Counted from the first letter of the stretch, positions 1 through 9,089 are shown. The stretch: 64,000 nucleotides of DNA from an uncultured Candidatus Saccharibacteria bacterium (GCA_964350645.1 CAYGJY010000002.1:161538-225537), one strand, 5' to 3'. The notes: generated by a model from the letters alone, not told the origin. Made by a program: numbers and translations.

Positions 1-49
1 TTTTAATGAAGAAATAAGGTCATCACTTTCAACGTCTCCTTACGCTAAA

Positions 50-1129
50 GTGGAATGGGAAACGGAACGCCTTAATCGCCGCATCGCCGAAGCGCGACTT
101 TTAGCGAGTGAGGGTAAGTTGACTGAAGAAGCAGAAGCTGACGTAGCGGCTGCGGTAAAAGAACACAGTGACGCTGCTCAAAAGGGTATCGCCGAACTTC
201 GCGAAAGCGACCAAGATGAGGCTGCGATTGCTGAGATCGCTTTTGAGTCGGCTCTAATTGTGCAGTCTGAAGTATTAGAAAAAGAACTCGCTAAAGAAGT
301 AGCGGCTAACGTTGGTACTGAAGTTGTCCCGGGTCGATCGGTAGCGATCCTCGCGAGCGCCATTGCTGACGCGCAAGCCAGTGTCACTGAAAACCAAAGT
401 GGAGTAGTGCCATCATACGAAAAACTATCTGTCCGTATCGAGCAAGAAACCACTCGAGCGTATGAATTGTTTGACTCAATCAAGCGCACTGCTTCGGCAG
501 CAGAGGTCAACGATGTAGAACGTCGCCTAGCTGATATCGAACGCAAAATTGTTGAGTCAGCAAGTGTACAGGCGGGTGAGCTAGTGGTTGGAGAGGTTGC
601 CAGCAGTACTCCAGATGAGGTTGTTGTGCCAGCAGAAATCACTATCTTGCGAGGTGCTCTGTCTGACCTGCAGAAACTGATCCGCTTCATGACTGACATT
701 GATGTGCGTACGAGTGTCACGGTAGAAGAGTTGGTGCCGGTCACACTTACCGATGCTGAATTGAAAGATAAGTTTTCAACGGCTCAAGCTGAAGCTGAGC
801 GATTGAAAAAAGTTGTTACGGCTGCTCTTGACGCGGGTGAGGCTGAGGCGGTAGCTGAGAAACTTCAAAATGGTTTGGCTGCTGCCGAAGTAGAAGTAAC
901 CGCTGCCAAGAAAGCAGCGGAGTTGGCTAAACATACTCGAGCGGTGTTGTTGAGTGAAGGGGCACTCGCGCTCTTGAGAGATTTAGAGAGTATGTTGAGC
1001 GATAGGCCTGAGGAAGAAGCACTCGAAGTAGCGCCGGCACTGCCAGTTGAAGTAGTAGCGACAACTTCAAGTTCAACTGCAACATCGACTGAAGTTGAGA
1101 CAGCGGTTGACGTAGAAGCAGAATTCTAA
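50..1129 (+). CDS. Ala/Glu-rich coiled-coil protein of unknown function. No in-frame stop lies upstream, so it may be 5'-partial at the window edge. The C-terminus ends -VEAEF.
   Basis: 359-aa ORF starting at GTG, with a low-complexity acidic heptad-like composition; a strong terminator lies immediately downstream. Confidence 0.5.
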   Translation: MEWETERLNRRIAEARLLASEGKLTEEAEADVAAAVKEHSDAAQKGIAELRESDQDEAAIAEIAFESALIVQSEVLEKELAKEVAANVGTEVVPGRSVAILASAIADAQASVTENQSGVVPSYEKLSVRIEQETTRAYELFDSIKRTASAAEVNDVERRLADIERKIVESASVQAGELVVGEVASSTPDEVVVPAEITILRGALSDLQKLIRFMTDIDVRTSVTVEELVPVTLTDAELKDKFSTAQAEAERLKKVVTAALDAGEAEAVAEKLQNGLAAAEVEVTAAKKAAELAKHTRAVLLSEGALALLRDLESMLSDRPEEEALEVAPALPVEVVATTSSSTATSTEVETAVDVEAEF

Positions 1130-1140
1130 AAATTCTGAAA

Positions 1141-1184
1141 ACAAAAGCCGGGCGGCCCCAACGGGGCCGCCCGGCTTTTGTTTT
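1141..1184 (+). terminator. Rho-independent terminator
   Basis: GC stem gccgggcggcccc/ggggccgcccggc followed by ttttgtttt. Confidence 0.6.
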
Positions 1185-1878
1185 CATCCCCTTCACTACA
1201 AAGACACGAAAATAGCCACCAAGTACACAGTGGATACGTCCGTATTTCTGTGATCCTTGGTGGCTTCTATTTTGGCGCTAAATCTCGCGCAAGAACATTG
1301 AGACCGTACTTCTGGTCTCGGGAAGGGGGCGGCTGTCAGGCCGCCCCGGACAGTTTCGTCAGGCCGCCCTAGCGGATTTACCTAGATCTACCCCAACAAA
1401 GCGTGCCGCCTCGATCAGGATCGGGTCGTCAGGACTGATCCCGATACGCCCGTCACGACGCTGGAGGCAAACCCTGACCATATGCTCCATATGGCAGGCT
1501 GCCGCTAGGTTAAGTGTTGCAACAAGCGTTGCCGCCCGCCGATCACGACACTCATCTCGCCGCATGTTCAGCCCGAGCCGTTTTCGCCCGGCGTTCGATG
1601 CGTTGGTTCCTCCCCCTGCATCTGAGGTTGAGGCGTCCGGCGCTTGTCCGTCGGTAGCTTTTTTGCCCGAAGGGGGATATTCAGCATTCCTTCGTTTGCG
1701 TGATCGGCTGCTTCTGCAGCGCTCATTCCCGTAAATTTCATGTGCGTCTCCCGGTTGGCCGTCTCTTCAGACGACTATTGCTATCGCACCTTTCGATTTA
1801 TTCTCAGGTGCAATTTGGAGTGTACCTTAAAGTTCTTCATAACTCAATAGAAAAAGGTGTTGTCAACAAAGAAACTAA

Positions 1879-1907
1879 TTGACATTTTTTGGTGCCAGGG
1901 CTATATT
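1879..1907 (+). promoter_or_regulatory. Sigma70-like promoter: TTGACA, 17-nt spacer, TATATT
   Basis: Near-consensus -35 (1879-1884) and -10 (1902-1907) with a 17-nt spacer. Confidence 0.5.
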
Positions 1908-1914
1908 CAAAGTA

Positions 1915-2028
1915 ATGCAATTCGCAGATACAACAACCGCGCACGTTGATACGGCTGCCCAGTCACGGGCACTCGTCCTCATTCTTGTGATTCTCGCAAC
2001 CTTAGGCGGGCCGGTTATGAGTATCTAA
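1915..2028 (+). CDS. Possible leaderless 37-aa hydrophobic peptide (MQFADTTTAHVDTAAQSRALVLILVILATLGGPVMSI); alternatively a small RNA
   Basis: The ATG sits about 7 nt after the -10; the unit is bounded by a strong terminator at 2055-2097; it is too short for the ORF track. Confidence 0.25.
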   Translation: MQFADTTTAHVDTAAQSRALVLILVILATLGGPVMSI

Positions 2029-2054
2029 GCACTACGCTACGAAAACTCCTGAAG

Positions 2055-2097
2055 AAAAATGACCGGTTTGCCACAAGCGAACCGGTCATTTTTTTTC
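2055..2097 (+). terminator. Rho-independent terminator
   Basis: Stem atgaccggtt...aaccggtcat followed by a T8 run. Confidence 0.65.
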
Positions 2098-2248
2098 CGG
2101 GGATTCAGTCAGAAATGACAGAACGGAAGATAGTTCTTTTACAATCACCTATAACAGTAAGGGTCACAGCCCGTTGCCGGTAGCTAAAGGAAACTTTGGC
2201 TGCCACCACCGGGCTGTGACAGGCACGGTTTGGAAAAGGGAGAAAAAA

Positions 2249-2539
2249 ATGGCTAGGTACAAGAGGCAGAAGCCAAAGCAGCCACATGCAGCTGAAATGG
2301 CTGCTCTGTGTTGTGCAGCAGGATACAAGCCTTGTGAAGTTGCCTCAGTTAGGGCATTGCGCGGGGTTCATGGTTTTGAACTGACTCTTCATAGAGATGA
2401 TGGGGGAATTCATCAGAAACTTGTTGAAGAGCATCGCGTAAAAGGAGCGCTCAACGGACATGGGGATGATCTTTGTAACCACCAAGGTTTCACCGTAAAT
2501 CCGAACGTTTTTGAGTGGACGGCAGAAGTTTCTCACTGA
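2249..2539 (+). CDS. Hypothetical small protein (96 aa)
   Basis: ORF with an internal ATG preceded by gggagaaaaaa (RBS-like); no recognisable motif. Confidence 0.35.
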   Translation: MARYKRQKPKQPHAAEMAALCCAAGYKPCEVASVRALRGVHGFELTLHRDDGGIHQKLVEEHRVKGALNGHGDDLCNHQGFTVNPNVFEWTAEVSH

Positions 2540-2910
2540 GCCCATTCTCAGTTTTACAAATCAATGCCCAAATGGGTGGGCACAAATTCATCAGGGAGAT
2601 GAAGATGGACGACAGCAATGACGTACCGGTAGAGGTACGTGCCTATCAAAAGGTGTCGGAATTCGTCAGTCAGAAGCTTGGCGTGATACTGTCAATGCTC
2701 GACATTCGACGGACTGAAGAAGGTCTGAAGGTTTCCGCTTTTGAATTTGGCGGTAAACAGATACGTATGCGTGAAAAGCTCGCGCGTCGGATCATCAACA
2801 TGATCTCAAAGGTTCTGGGCTTTGCCGACGAGCTCATCTCCGGGGTCATTCTCGACCAGACTCTCGAGTCTGTCGAGTGTATCTGCAATAACGGGTCAAC
2901 AGCGACCTGA
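2515..2910 (+). CDS. Hypothetical small protein; the true start is probably an internal ATG near 2605 (after an agggag RBS)
   Basis: ORF of 131 aa in the same orientation as its neighbours; no recognisable domain. Confidence 0.3.
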   Translation: MDGRSFSLSPFSVLQINAQMGGHKFIREMKMDDSNDVPVEVRAYQKVSEFVSQKLGVILSMLDIRRTEEGLKVSAFEFGGKQIRMREKLARRIINMISKVLGFADELISGVILDQTLESVECICNNGSTAT

Positions 2911-3140
2911 GGCACGAGCAAACAGGCTTGGGGCGCGGATGAGGAGGTGGCTTTGCAGCCACTTTGACACCGCGCCCCAGTCGCCCAATTTTACTGTTTA
3001 TGTGGTATGTTCTTTAAGATGTCTAAGATTCATCGGTATGAATACTTAGACCTCGATATAAGGAGTTGAGCTTTGATTCGACTGTTTATACCGGGAAAAT
3101 CGTCTCATAGTGAGACGTGCCGGAAATGAGGGAAGAGAGA

Positions 3141-3380
3141 ATGGAGATTAAAGAGTTCGTTGGACACATCGAGGGCTGGCTACCCAACGGTAAAAGCCCG
3201 GAGGCGATCGCCGAAGAAGCCCTGTCGCTGTATTGCCCAACGGAGACTCGTTGGGATCTTGAATTTGATCTCGATGGTATCACCGATGAAGTGGTCGCCT
3301 ATGTCATGGCGACGCGGGTGATGAATCCAAATATCAAGCCTGAGGCGATGCTAAATCGCCTTCTGGACCGGTTCGGATAG
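3141..3380 (+). CDS. Hypothetical small protein (79 aa)
   Basis: ATG preceded by gagggaagagaga; no homology recognised. Confidence 0.3.
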   Translation: MEIKEFVGHIEGWLPNGKSPEAIAEEALSLYCPTETRWDLEFDLDGITDEVVAYVMATRVMNPNIKPEAMLNRLLDRFG

Positions 3381-3391
3381 GGGAGAAAAAG

Positions 3392-3706
3392 ATGAGGGTG
3401 ACGAAAGACTATTTGGATCTGGCCCCCAGACATCCGGAGTGGCCAGCGCGACTGAGGTGGGTGTGTGGACTGTGTGTGGAAGTACCCGCTGATCCACAAG
3501 AGGTGTCTCGTCTAGTGGCACTCCGCGTGGCGAAGCTGTCAGCAGAGCAGGTGTGGCTGATGCTCCGACAACTTGATCGTACACGGGAGCTCGAGCTTTC
3601 GATCGATCGATATGACAAGCAGATGTTGCAGAGGCTTATCATTCGTTCTGTGCTTCACGGAACAGTGTGGACACATATCATCGAGGCGGGCGCCAAGACA
3701 GGCTGA
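3392..3706 (+). CDS. Hypothetical small protein (104 aa)
   Basis: ggggagaaaaag RBS followed by ATG; a hairpin terminator follows at about 3690-3730. Confidence 0.35.
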   Translation: MRVTKDYLDLAPRHPEWPARLRWVCGLCVEVPADPQEVSRLVALRVAKLSAEQVWLMLRQLDRTRELELSIDRYDKQMLQRLIIRSVLHGTVWTHIIEAGAKTG

Positions 3707-3784
3707 CTTCGGTCAGCTGCGCCCGCCTCATTCGCACCCCTACAGCCTGTTCCTTTTGTTCTTTCTTTGTATACTTACGAGACG

Positions 3785-4537
3785 ATGAAACCCCAGATTT
3801 TAGCCATTCAATTTCGAGAAAACGTTGACTCTATTGCTGGTGAGCAAAAGAGTATTGTTCGCGAAATTGGCGAGCACGCTGAAGTAACTTTTATCAGCGC
3901 CTTAAATGAAGCCTTGGCGTGGACAGATCCATACGCAATCCTGCAGCACTACCACGGTGTGATCCTCGGTGGTTCTGGTGAGTTTGATTTTGATGGCAAC
4001 CGTAGCGAAGACGATCGCGCCAAGCAGATGTCGCAGGTGTTTTTGGAACGACTACGACCACTCTTTACGTATATCTTTGAGCAGGATATCCCAACCTTAG
4101 GTATTTGCTATGGACACCAGCTTCTAGGTGCGTTTGCCGGCGCGCAGGTGAGTTACGATGTATCACAGAAAAAGACTAGTTCGCATGAACTAAAGCTGAT
4201 GGTAGATAAAAATGATTACTTTCTTTTTTCCGACTTACCGGATTCTTTTGCTGCACATTATGGACATAAAGATGCGCTGCAGCAGATTCCAGAGGGGGCA
4301 GTGCTTCTGATGAACGGCGGCGAGCAGTGCAAGGTGTCAGCCTTAAAGTATAAAAATAATATCTACACAACCCAGTTTCATCCAGAGCTAAACTTTGCCG
4401 ATATGGTGGACCGGATGAAAAACTCACCGGGCTACTTACCAGAGGGGGTGCTGGCACATGAGATTTTTAAAGATGAACCGCACTCCAACACAATCTTACG
4501 GAATTTTGGGAAGTTTGTAGCGCTGCAAGCGAAATAG
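3785..4537 (+). CDS. Class I glutamine amidotransferase-like protein
   Basis: Nucleophile elbow GICYGHQLL and a downstream QFHPEL His/Glu pair, typical of the GATase1 fold. Confidence 0.7.
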   Translation: MKPQILAIQFRENVDSIAGEQKSIVREIGEHAEVTFISALNEALAWTDPYAILQHYHGVILGGSGEFDFDGNRSEDDRAKQMSQVFLERLRPLFTYIFEQDIPTLGICYGHQLLGAFAGAQVSYDVSQKKTSSHELKLMVDKNDYFLFSDLPDSFAAHYGHKDALQQIPEGAVLLMNGGEQCKVSALKYKNNIYTTQFHPELNFADMVDRMKNSPGYLPEGVLAHEIFKDEPHSNTILRNFGKFVALQAK

Positions 4538-4540
4538 TAA

Positions 4541-4567
4541 CGCCCCCGGCCGTGTAGGTCGGGGGCG
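4541..4567. terminator. GC hairpin between convergent genes
   Basis: Stem cgcccccg...cgggggcg; weak T-run. Confidence 0.4.
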
Positions 4568-4597
4568 TGGTTCGCGAAGGTGCATGGCGCTTCCAGC

Positions 4598-5374
4598 TCA
4601 TTCAAAGTAGAGCTGGTCGCCGGTCTTGATCCCGAGCTTCTCAGCGGCACTTTTACCGTTGAGCACGATCTCGAGAAACTCGTTGCCGAATGGGCCCGAG
4701 CTGCCCGTCACGAGGCCCAGTTTGCCGATAGGCACGTCCGAGAGGCGACGGTAGCGAGGAATTTCTTGATTGCTCACCACCAGTGTCTCGCCTTGAAAGG
4801 ACTGGTCGGTCAGAGTGGTTTTGCAATTGCCGAAGGCATCGACGAAGTAGATGAACTCACCCTGCAACGGACTGATCAGTTCTGGCGTGCTCTTGATCTT
4901 GCTGTGCTCCCAAAGGTAGGCGACCAGGAACGGTAGAACGTGCAGGCTTCGAAACTGTGTCCGGATCGCTCGATGTTGTCGCTCTTCGTTGTCAGGGAAG
5001 AGGGTTGCTGCAATCGCCGGGATGTCGATAACATTCACTGTGTCGCCAAAACCCAAACGGGGAAGCAGTGTCAGTCCAGGGCAGTCGACTGTGCTGACAA
5101 TCAGTGTGCCTTCGTGCTCTAGGTAGCCGAACGGAGAACCGTTGGAGCGTTTTGGAGCGTCTGCATCACCTCTTGGAGCAGCGTTACCAATCACAATCCC
5201 TGGTTCTCCCTCGAGCAAAGCGATGTGAGTGGCTATCGCGCCAGCAGCGGTGAGTTTGTGACTTATCCCCAAAAAGCCAGTTAAGGGAATGCCTGCTCGA
5301 ACGTAGTTGGTGTTCTGGCGAGAACGAGCGTCGCCGTCGCGACAGTCGGTGATAAGGGTTACTGGATGCTTCAT
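4598..5374 (-). CDS. SAM hydroxide adenosyltransferase family (DUF62, SAM hydrolase/halogenase-like)
   Basis: N-terminus MKHPVTLITDCRDGDA and overall ~258-aa architecture resemble DUF62 proteins; the start was moved to the internal ATG, which has an upstream gagagg. Confidence 0.55.
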   Translation of the reverse strand: MKHPVTLITDCRDGDARSRQNTNYVRAGIPLTGFLGISHKLTAAGAIATHIALLEGEPGIVIGNAAPRGDADAPKRSNGSPFGYLEHEGTLIVSTVDCPGLTLLPRLGFGDTVNVIDIPAIAATLFPDNEERQHRAIRTQFRSLHVLPFLVAYLWEHSKIKSTPELISPLQGEFIYFVDAFGNCKTTLTDQSFQGETLVVSNQEIPRYRRLSDVPIGKLGLVTGSSGPFGNEFLEIVLNGKSAAEKLGIKTGDQLYFE

Positions 5375-5711
5375 GTGTCCTGCCTCTCTGTTGGGACATG
5401 GGAATGTAAAGAACGGAGACAAAATAAAAATCCTCAAGCGAGGACTCTGATTTCGTCTGGTTTTGTTTGTGGCTAAACCTCGAAAACTGTCCTCGCAGTT
5501 GAGGACATCATCATCATTTCTGAGATGTTTCGAAACGTAGTCACAAATTAAATCTATCAGAATCCACCAAGGCGTCAAGTCTTGGCTATTTTATAAAGAT
5601 TGTGTATACTTTTTTCAATGCAACTGATACACGCAGCAACATATTTCTGGTTTTGGTTTACCAGCGGGGAAGCCCGGTATGTTTTTGCTGAAGTGTAAGT
5701 AACTCAAAGTA

Positions 5712-5753
5712 GAAAACAGCCGCTGGTTTCCCTGGAAACCAGCGGCTGTTTTT
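5712..5753. terminator. Bidirectional terminator-type hairpin with a 16-bp perfect stem
   Basis: aaaacagccgctggtttcc ctg ggaaaccagcggctgttttt. Confidence 0.6.
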
Positions 5754-5766
5754 GTACAATTTGTAG

Positions 5767-5808
5767 CCGGAGCTTTGCAGTCACAGAGAAGTGACTGCAA
5801 GGCTCCGG
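5767..5808. repeat. Second strong hairpin (18-bp stem with one mismatch) directly after the terminator
   Basis: ccggagctttgcagtcac agagaa gtgactgcaaggctccgg. Confidence 0.45.
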
Positions 5809-5867
5809 ACGCAAGTTCGGAATACAACCGCCGCGATGGTCGCGGGAGGGTAAAGAGGGACATATCC

Positions 5868-6179
5868 ATGTACACCGAAAACCAAGTTGCTGAAGCTTTA
5901 AGGACAGCTGGGATGCACGAGCCTTGGGCTAGTTGGATTGCGTCATCGGTTGCCGGACGCATCCCGGAAGGGAGGCTCGGTGACTTTGCACGTGAATACG
6001 CTAAGTCGCGGGACACCGAAGCTGCTTTTGCCGCGGTTGCAGAAGAAGCAATTTCTGCAGAGGAGGCTTCTCAGCCGCTCTTGAGACGGCGATGGAGTCC
6101 GATCAAGGCCACTATCTTATGGTTCAGGGCTCGTCGAGCCAGGTTGCACCGTGAGGCGGTCAAAAGCTTCAACGCATGA
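5868..6179 (+). CDS. Hypothetical protein (103 aa)
   Basis: gggagggtaaagagggac RBS followed by ATG; ends in gcATGA, overlapping the next ORF start. Confidence 0.35.
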   Translation: MYTENQVAEALRTAGMHEPWASWIASSVAGRIPEGRLGDFAREYAKSRDTEAAFAAVAEEAISAEEASQPLLRRRWSPIKATILWFRARRARLHREAVKSFNA

Positions 6180-6493
6180 TCTTTAAACTCCTCACACTGG
6201 TGAGGTGCGCGGTCCGGCAATTCGGTCGGGACGCGTGGGAAGCGGGGCGATTCGGAACGAATCGCCTTTTTGTATGTTTAAAATGGGTATTGGAAAAGCC
6301 GCGGGCTGAAGATTTTTCGGAGGAAAAATGCTCAGCCCGCGGCTGTTTCCGCGTCTTTGCAAAGGGGAGCAAGCTCCCAAAAGAACTGTTAGTTCGCCCA
6401 AAATACCTCAGGCGAGCGATCATCTTACACCTGCCATTTAAAAGTGCAAAGCGACTGTCTGTGCACATTGAGTCAGACATCAAAACCTGTTAG
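6176..6493 (+). CDS. Questionable basic ORF coupled to the upstream gene by an ATGA overlap; it contains a strong internal hairpin, so it may instead be non-coding
   Basis: ATGA stop/start overlap at 6176-6179; hairpin at 6293-6351. Confidence 0.2.
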   Translation: MIFKLLTLVRCAVRQFGRDAWEAGRFGTNRLFVCLKWVLEKPRAEDFSEEKCSARGCFRVFAKGSKLPKELLVRPKYLRRAIILHLPFKSAKRLSVHIESDIKTC

Positions 6494-6522
6494 GCTCTAG
6501 CTATATTCGTTAAGGTTATTCT

Positions 6523-7632
6523 ATGGATTTTGGACTTTCAGATCGGGTGGCAGGGTATCTGCCAGAGATGGTGTACGCGATGCCGTTCTTAGGCACTATT
6601 GATATTGCTCCCTATGTATTGGCAGCAGTATTGTTTATTGGACTCTCAGTTTTCTTCAAAGTGATTTTAGTGTTGCTGATTGCGCGCTTAAAAGCGCTAT
6701 CTGCTCGGACCACGACAACAATTGATGACACGGTGATTGCTGCACTTGAAGGCGTTCGTACTTGGGTGTATACAGTGATTGCGTTATTTGTGGCGCTGCA
6801 GCCATTTACCTTACCGCACTGGGGAGATATAGGACTGAAAGCAGTATTCTTATTTGCTGTTGTGTGGCAGGGGATTGAGATTGTGGTGAAGTTTATTGAG
6901 TACGCCGTTACACATTTGGTAGAAAAAGATGAGGATGGCGATGGTGTCACTGACCCAAATTCAGCTACTGCGGCCGACATGATTAAATTGCTCGCACGGA
7001 TTGCGCTTTGGGCACTTGGAACACTATTTGTGCTGTCTAATTTAGGGATTGAAGTGACGTCACTCATCGCAGGACTAGGGATTGGGGGGATTGCAATTGC
7101 GTTTGCTCTGCAGGGAATTTTATCAGATTTGTTTGCGTCATTTTCAATTTACTTTGATAAGCCATTTCGGATTGGTGACTATATCACTATCGGAACTGAC
7201 TCAGGGACGGTAGAGAGAATTGGTATCAAATCAACCCGAATTCGAACATTACAGGGAGAAGAGTTGGTGGTAAGTAACGCGGAACTGACTACAGCTCGGG
7301 TAAACAACTTTAAGAAAATGCAGGAACGTCGGATCAGTTTCCAATTTGGGGTAACGTACGAAACGCAGCATGAAAAGGTGAAGCAAATTAACGGCATTGT
7401 TGAACGAATCTTTGAGGCTGTTGAAGGTGGGCGACTCGATCGGGTGCACTTCACCAGCTTTGGTGACTCAGCATTATTGTTTGACGTCGTGTATTACGTT
7501 GAGTCTTCTGACTATGGGGTGTATCTCGATATTCAAGAGCGAGTGAATCACGAAATGATGGAGAAATTTGCTGAAGTAGGGATCGAATTTGCGTATCCAA
7601 CACAGACGGTGTATCACAAGCAGGTGAGTTAG
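6523..7632 (+). CDS. mscS: Small-conductance mechanosensitive channel (MscS family)
   Basis: TM helices followed by a conserved core: GIGGIAIAFALQGILSDLFAS...FRIGDYITIG...GTVERIGIKSTRIRTLQGEELVVSN. Confidence 0.85.
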   Translation: MDFGLSDRVAGYLPEMVYAMPFLGTIDIAPYVLAAVLFIGLSVFFKVILVLLIARLKALSARTTTTIDDTVIAALEGVRTWVYTVIALFVALQPFTLPHWGDIGLKAVFLFAVVWQGIEIVVKFIEYAVTHLVEKDEDGDGVTDPNSATAADMIKLLARIALWALGTLFVLSNLGIEVTSLIAGLGIGGIAIAFALQGILSDLFASFSIYFDKPFRIGDYITIGTDSGTVERIGIKSTRIRTLQGEELVVSNAELTTARVNNFKKMQERRISFQFGVTYETQHEKVKQINGIVERIFEAVEGGRLDRVHFTSFGDSALLFDVVYYVESSDYGVYLDIQERVNHEMMEKFAEVGIEFAYPTQTVYHKQVS

Positions 7633-7642
7633 GCGGAAAGGC

Positions 7643-7677
7643 AAAAAGCCGGCGGGCCGTAGGTCCGCCGGCTTTTT
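7643..7677. terminator. Bidirectional terminator
   Basis: caaaaagccggcgggcc gtag gtccgccggctttttg. Confidence 0.65.
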
Positions 7678-7685
7678 GTCTGCAC

Positions 7686-8777
7686 TTACTCACTCATCTC
7701 AGCGTTAAGTATACGACCGAGGAACGGGGCAATGGTGGTGGTGAATAGTCTGGCCCGGAAAGCGAGTTCACCAGTAGATGTGTCTTCAATACTAAAGCCT
7801 GATTCAGCTTTCATCGAACGGTCAATATATGAGACAGTGAGACCCCGTAAACTGGTCTCGCCATCGCTATCTGATCCCTTGGTACTGATTAAGCCAATCA
7901 CTTCACCGGACGCATTCACAACTGGCCCACCTGAAGCACCGAAGGCGCCAACTGCCGATGGAGCAATCGCCAGTACATCAGCTAGTTGACTATCAAAGGT
8001 AAAGAGGTCAGTGATGGTAGTCTCAGCTCGGACTGGTGTTAGTCTGTTAATAGTTGTACTCGAGAAGGTGCCGACTGGATAACCAGCAACGGTGATGCCA
8101 GTATTGATGGAGCCAGTCGTGAGCGGTGCTAGGTTAAGGGAAAGGAACGGGATTCGCGCCGGTAAAGGATCGTTGCCGACTCCCTTAGTGACGTAGAGGA
8201 GGGCGTAGTCGCGTTCACCGGTACCACGAGGTTGTTTTTCTACAATCTGGGCAGCATATTTTTGAATCCAAGCCGGTGAAATGTACAAGAGTTGTGCTTC
8301 ATATTTTGCTATCGCTGGATTCCCAGTACGGATGACACACTTGGTTTCACCAGTAGGATCAATTTCTTTTAGAAGTAAGAATTGGGCGACGTGAGCGTTA
8401 GTCATGATGACACCATCATCATTGATAAAGAAGCCGCTGCCAGTAGTGGCTCTCGTGGCGGTTTCGGTTTGATAGGTACAAAAAATATTTACCAGAGCAT
8501 CAATGGGGTCACTTTGGTTTTTAGTTCCGCTCGTGCGAGTACCGATTACGGTGGCTTGTTGGTAGCCAGTATTTTGTAAAAGGATACTCGGTATAGAGCT
8601 ACTCTCGCTATAGTCAGATTCGAGACGAGTCAGCTGTGGGTTATCAGACATGGTTGTCACTACAACCTTCGATGAAGGAGTTGGCCCAATAACGTTTTGG
8701 ATCTGGTCAGCCAGGATATTAGTAAAAGCTAAATACGCACCTAAGATAAATCCGACTGTTTCAGCAATAAACTGCAT
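7686..8777 (-). CDS. Trypsin-like serine protease (S1C/HtrA-like) with an N-terminal TM anchor
   Basis: Catalytic motifs TNAHV and GASGGPV; Asp region present; N-terminal hydrophobic segment. Confidence 0.75.
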   Translation of the reverse strand: MQFIAETVGFILGAYLAFTNILADQIQNVIGPTPSSKVVVTTMSDNPQLTRLESDYSESSSIPSILLQNTGYQQATVIGTRTSGTKNQSDPIDALVNIFCTYQTETATRATTGSGFFINDDGVIMTNAHVAQFLLLKEIDPTGETKCVIRTGNPAIAKYEAQLLYISPAWIQKYAAQIVEKQPRGTGERDYALLYVTKGVGNDPLPARIPFLSLNLAPLTTGSINTGITVAGYPVGTFSSTTINRLTPVRAETTITDLFTFDSQLADVLAIAPSAVGAFGASGGPVVNASGEVIGLISTKGSDSDGETSLRGLTVSYIDRSMKAESGFSIEDTSTGELAFRARLFTTTIAPFLGRILNAEMSE

Positions 8778-8855
8778 AGAAGAAGTATACCAGTCAGCTC
8801 TTTTTCATCTGGAAATTCATTTGAATAAGTGCTATGCTATCACCCACAAACGAAC

Positions 8856-8926
8856 GCGGGATTAGTTAAATGGTATAACGACTGCCTTCCAAGCAGTAGT
8901 CAGGAGTTCGATTCCCCTATCCCGCA
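8856..8926 (+). tRNA. tRNA-Gly, anticodon UCC
   Basis: Cloverleaf parts: 7-bp acceptor GCGGGAT/ATCCCGC, D-arm GTTA/TAAC, anticodon stem ACTGC/GCAGT with loop CTTCCAA, T-loop TTCGATT (one A-C mismatch in the T-stem); CCA is not encoded. Confidence 0.7.
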
Positions 8927-8937
8927 CAATGCAATTT

Positions 8938-8957
8938 GCCGCCTCCGGGCGGCTTTT
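8938..8957 (+). terminator. Terminator immediately after the tRNA
   Basis: gccgcc tccg ggcggc followed by tttt. Confidence 0.55.
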
Positions 8958-9089
8958 GTATTGTGCGGGATAGGGGTGCAGCTTTTTGGAGAAAAGCGTT
9001 GCACGAATCGAAAAGCTTTTGCGCTAGATTAAGAGCGAAGCGAAATAATATAGCCAAAAGGTGTACAGGTCCTGTAAGGACCGATTCCC

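Noticed and set aside
178-744. 188-aa minus-strand ORF inside the first coiled-coil gene
   Set aside because: Antisense shadow ORF of a low-complexity Ala/Glu-rich gene; Ser/Thr-rich translation typical of reverse-frame artefacts.
4580-4936. 118-aa plus ORF
   Set aside because: Antisense to the SAM hydroxide adenosyltransferase-like gene, which has the clear family signature.
8856-8926. Possibility that the tRNA-Gly is a pseudogene because of an A-C mismatch in the T-stem
   Set aside because: All other cloverleaf features (7-bp acceptor, D-arm, anticodon arm, TTCGATT T-loop, length 71) are canonical and a single mismatch is tolerated, so it is kept as a functional tRNA at moderate confidence.
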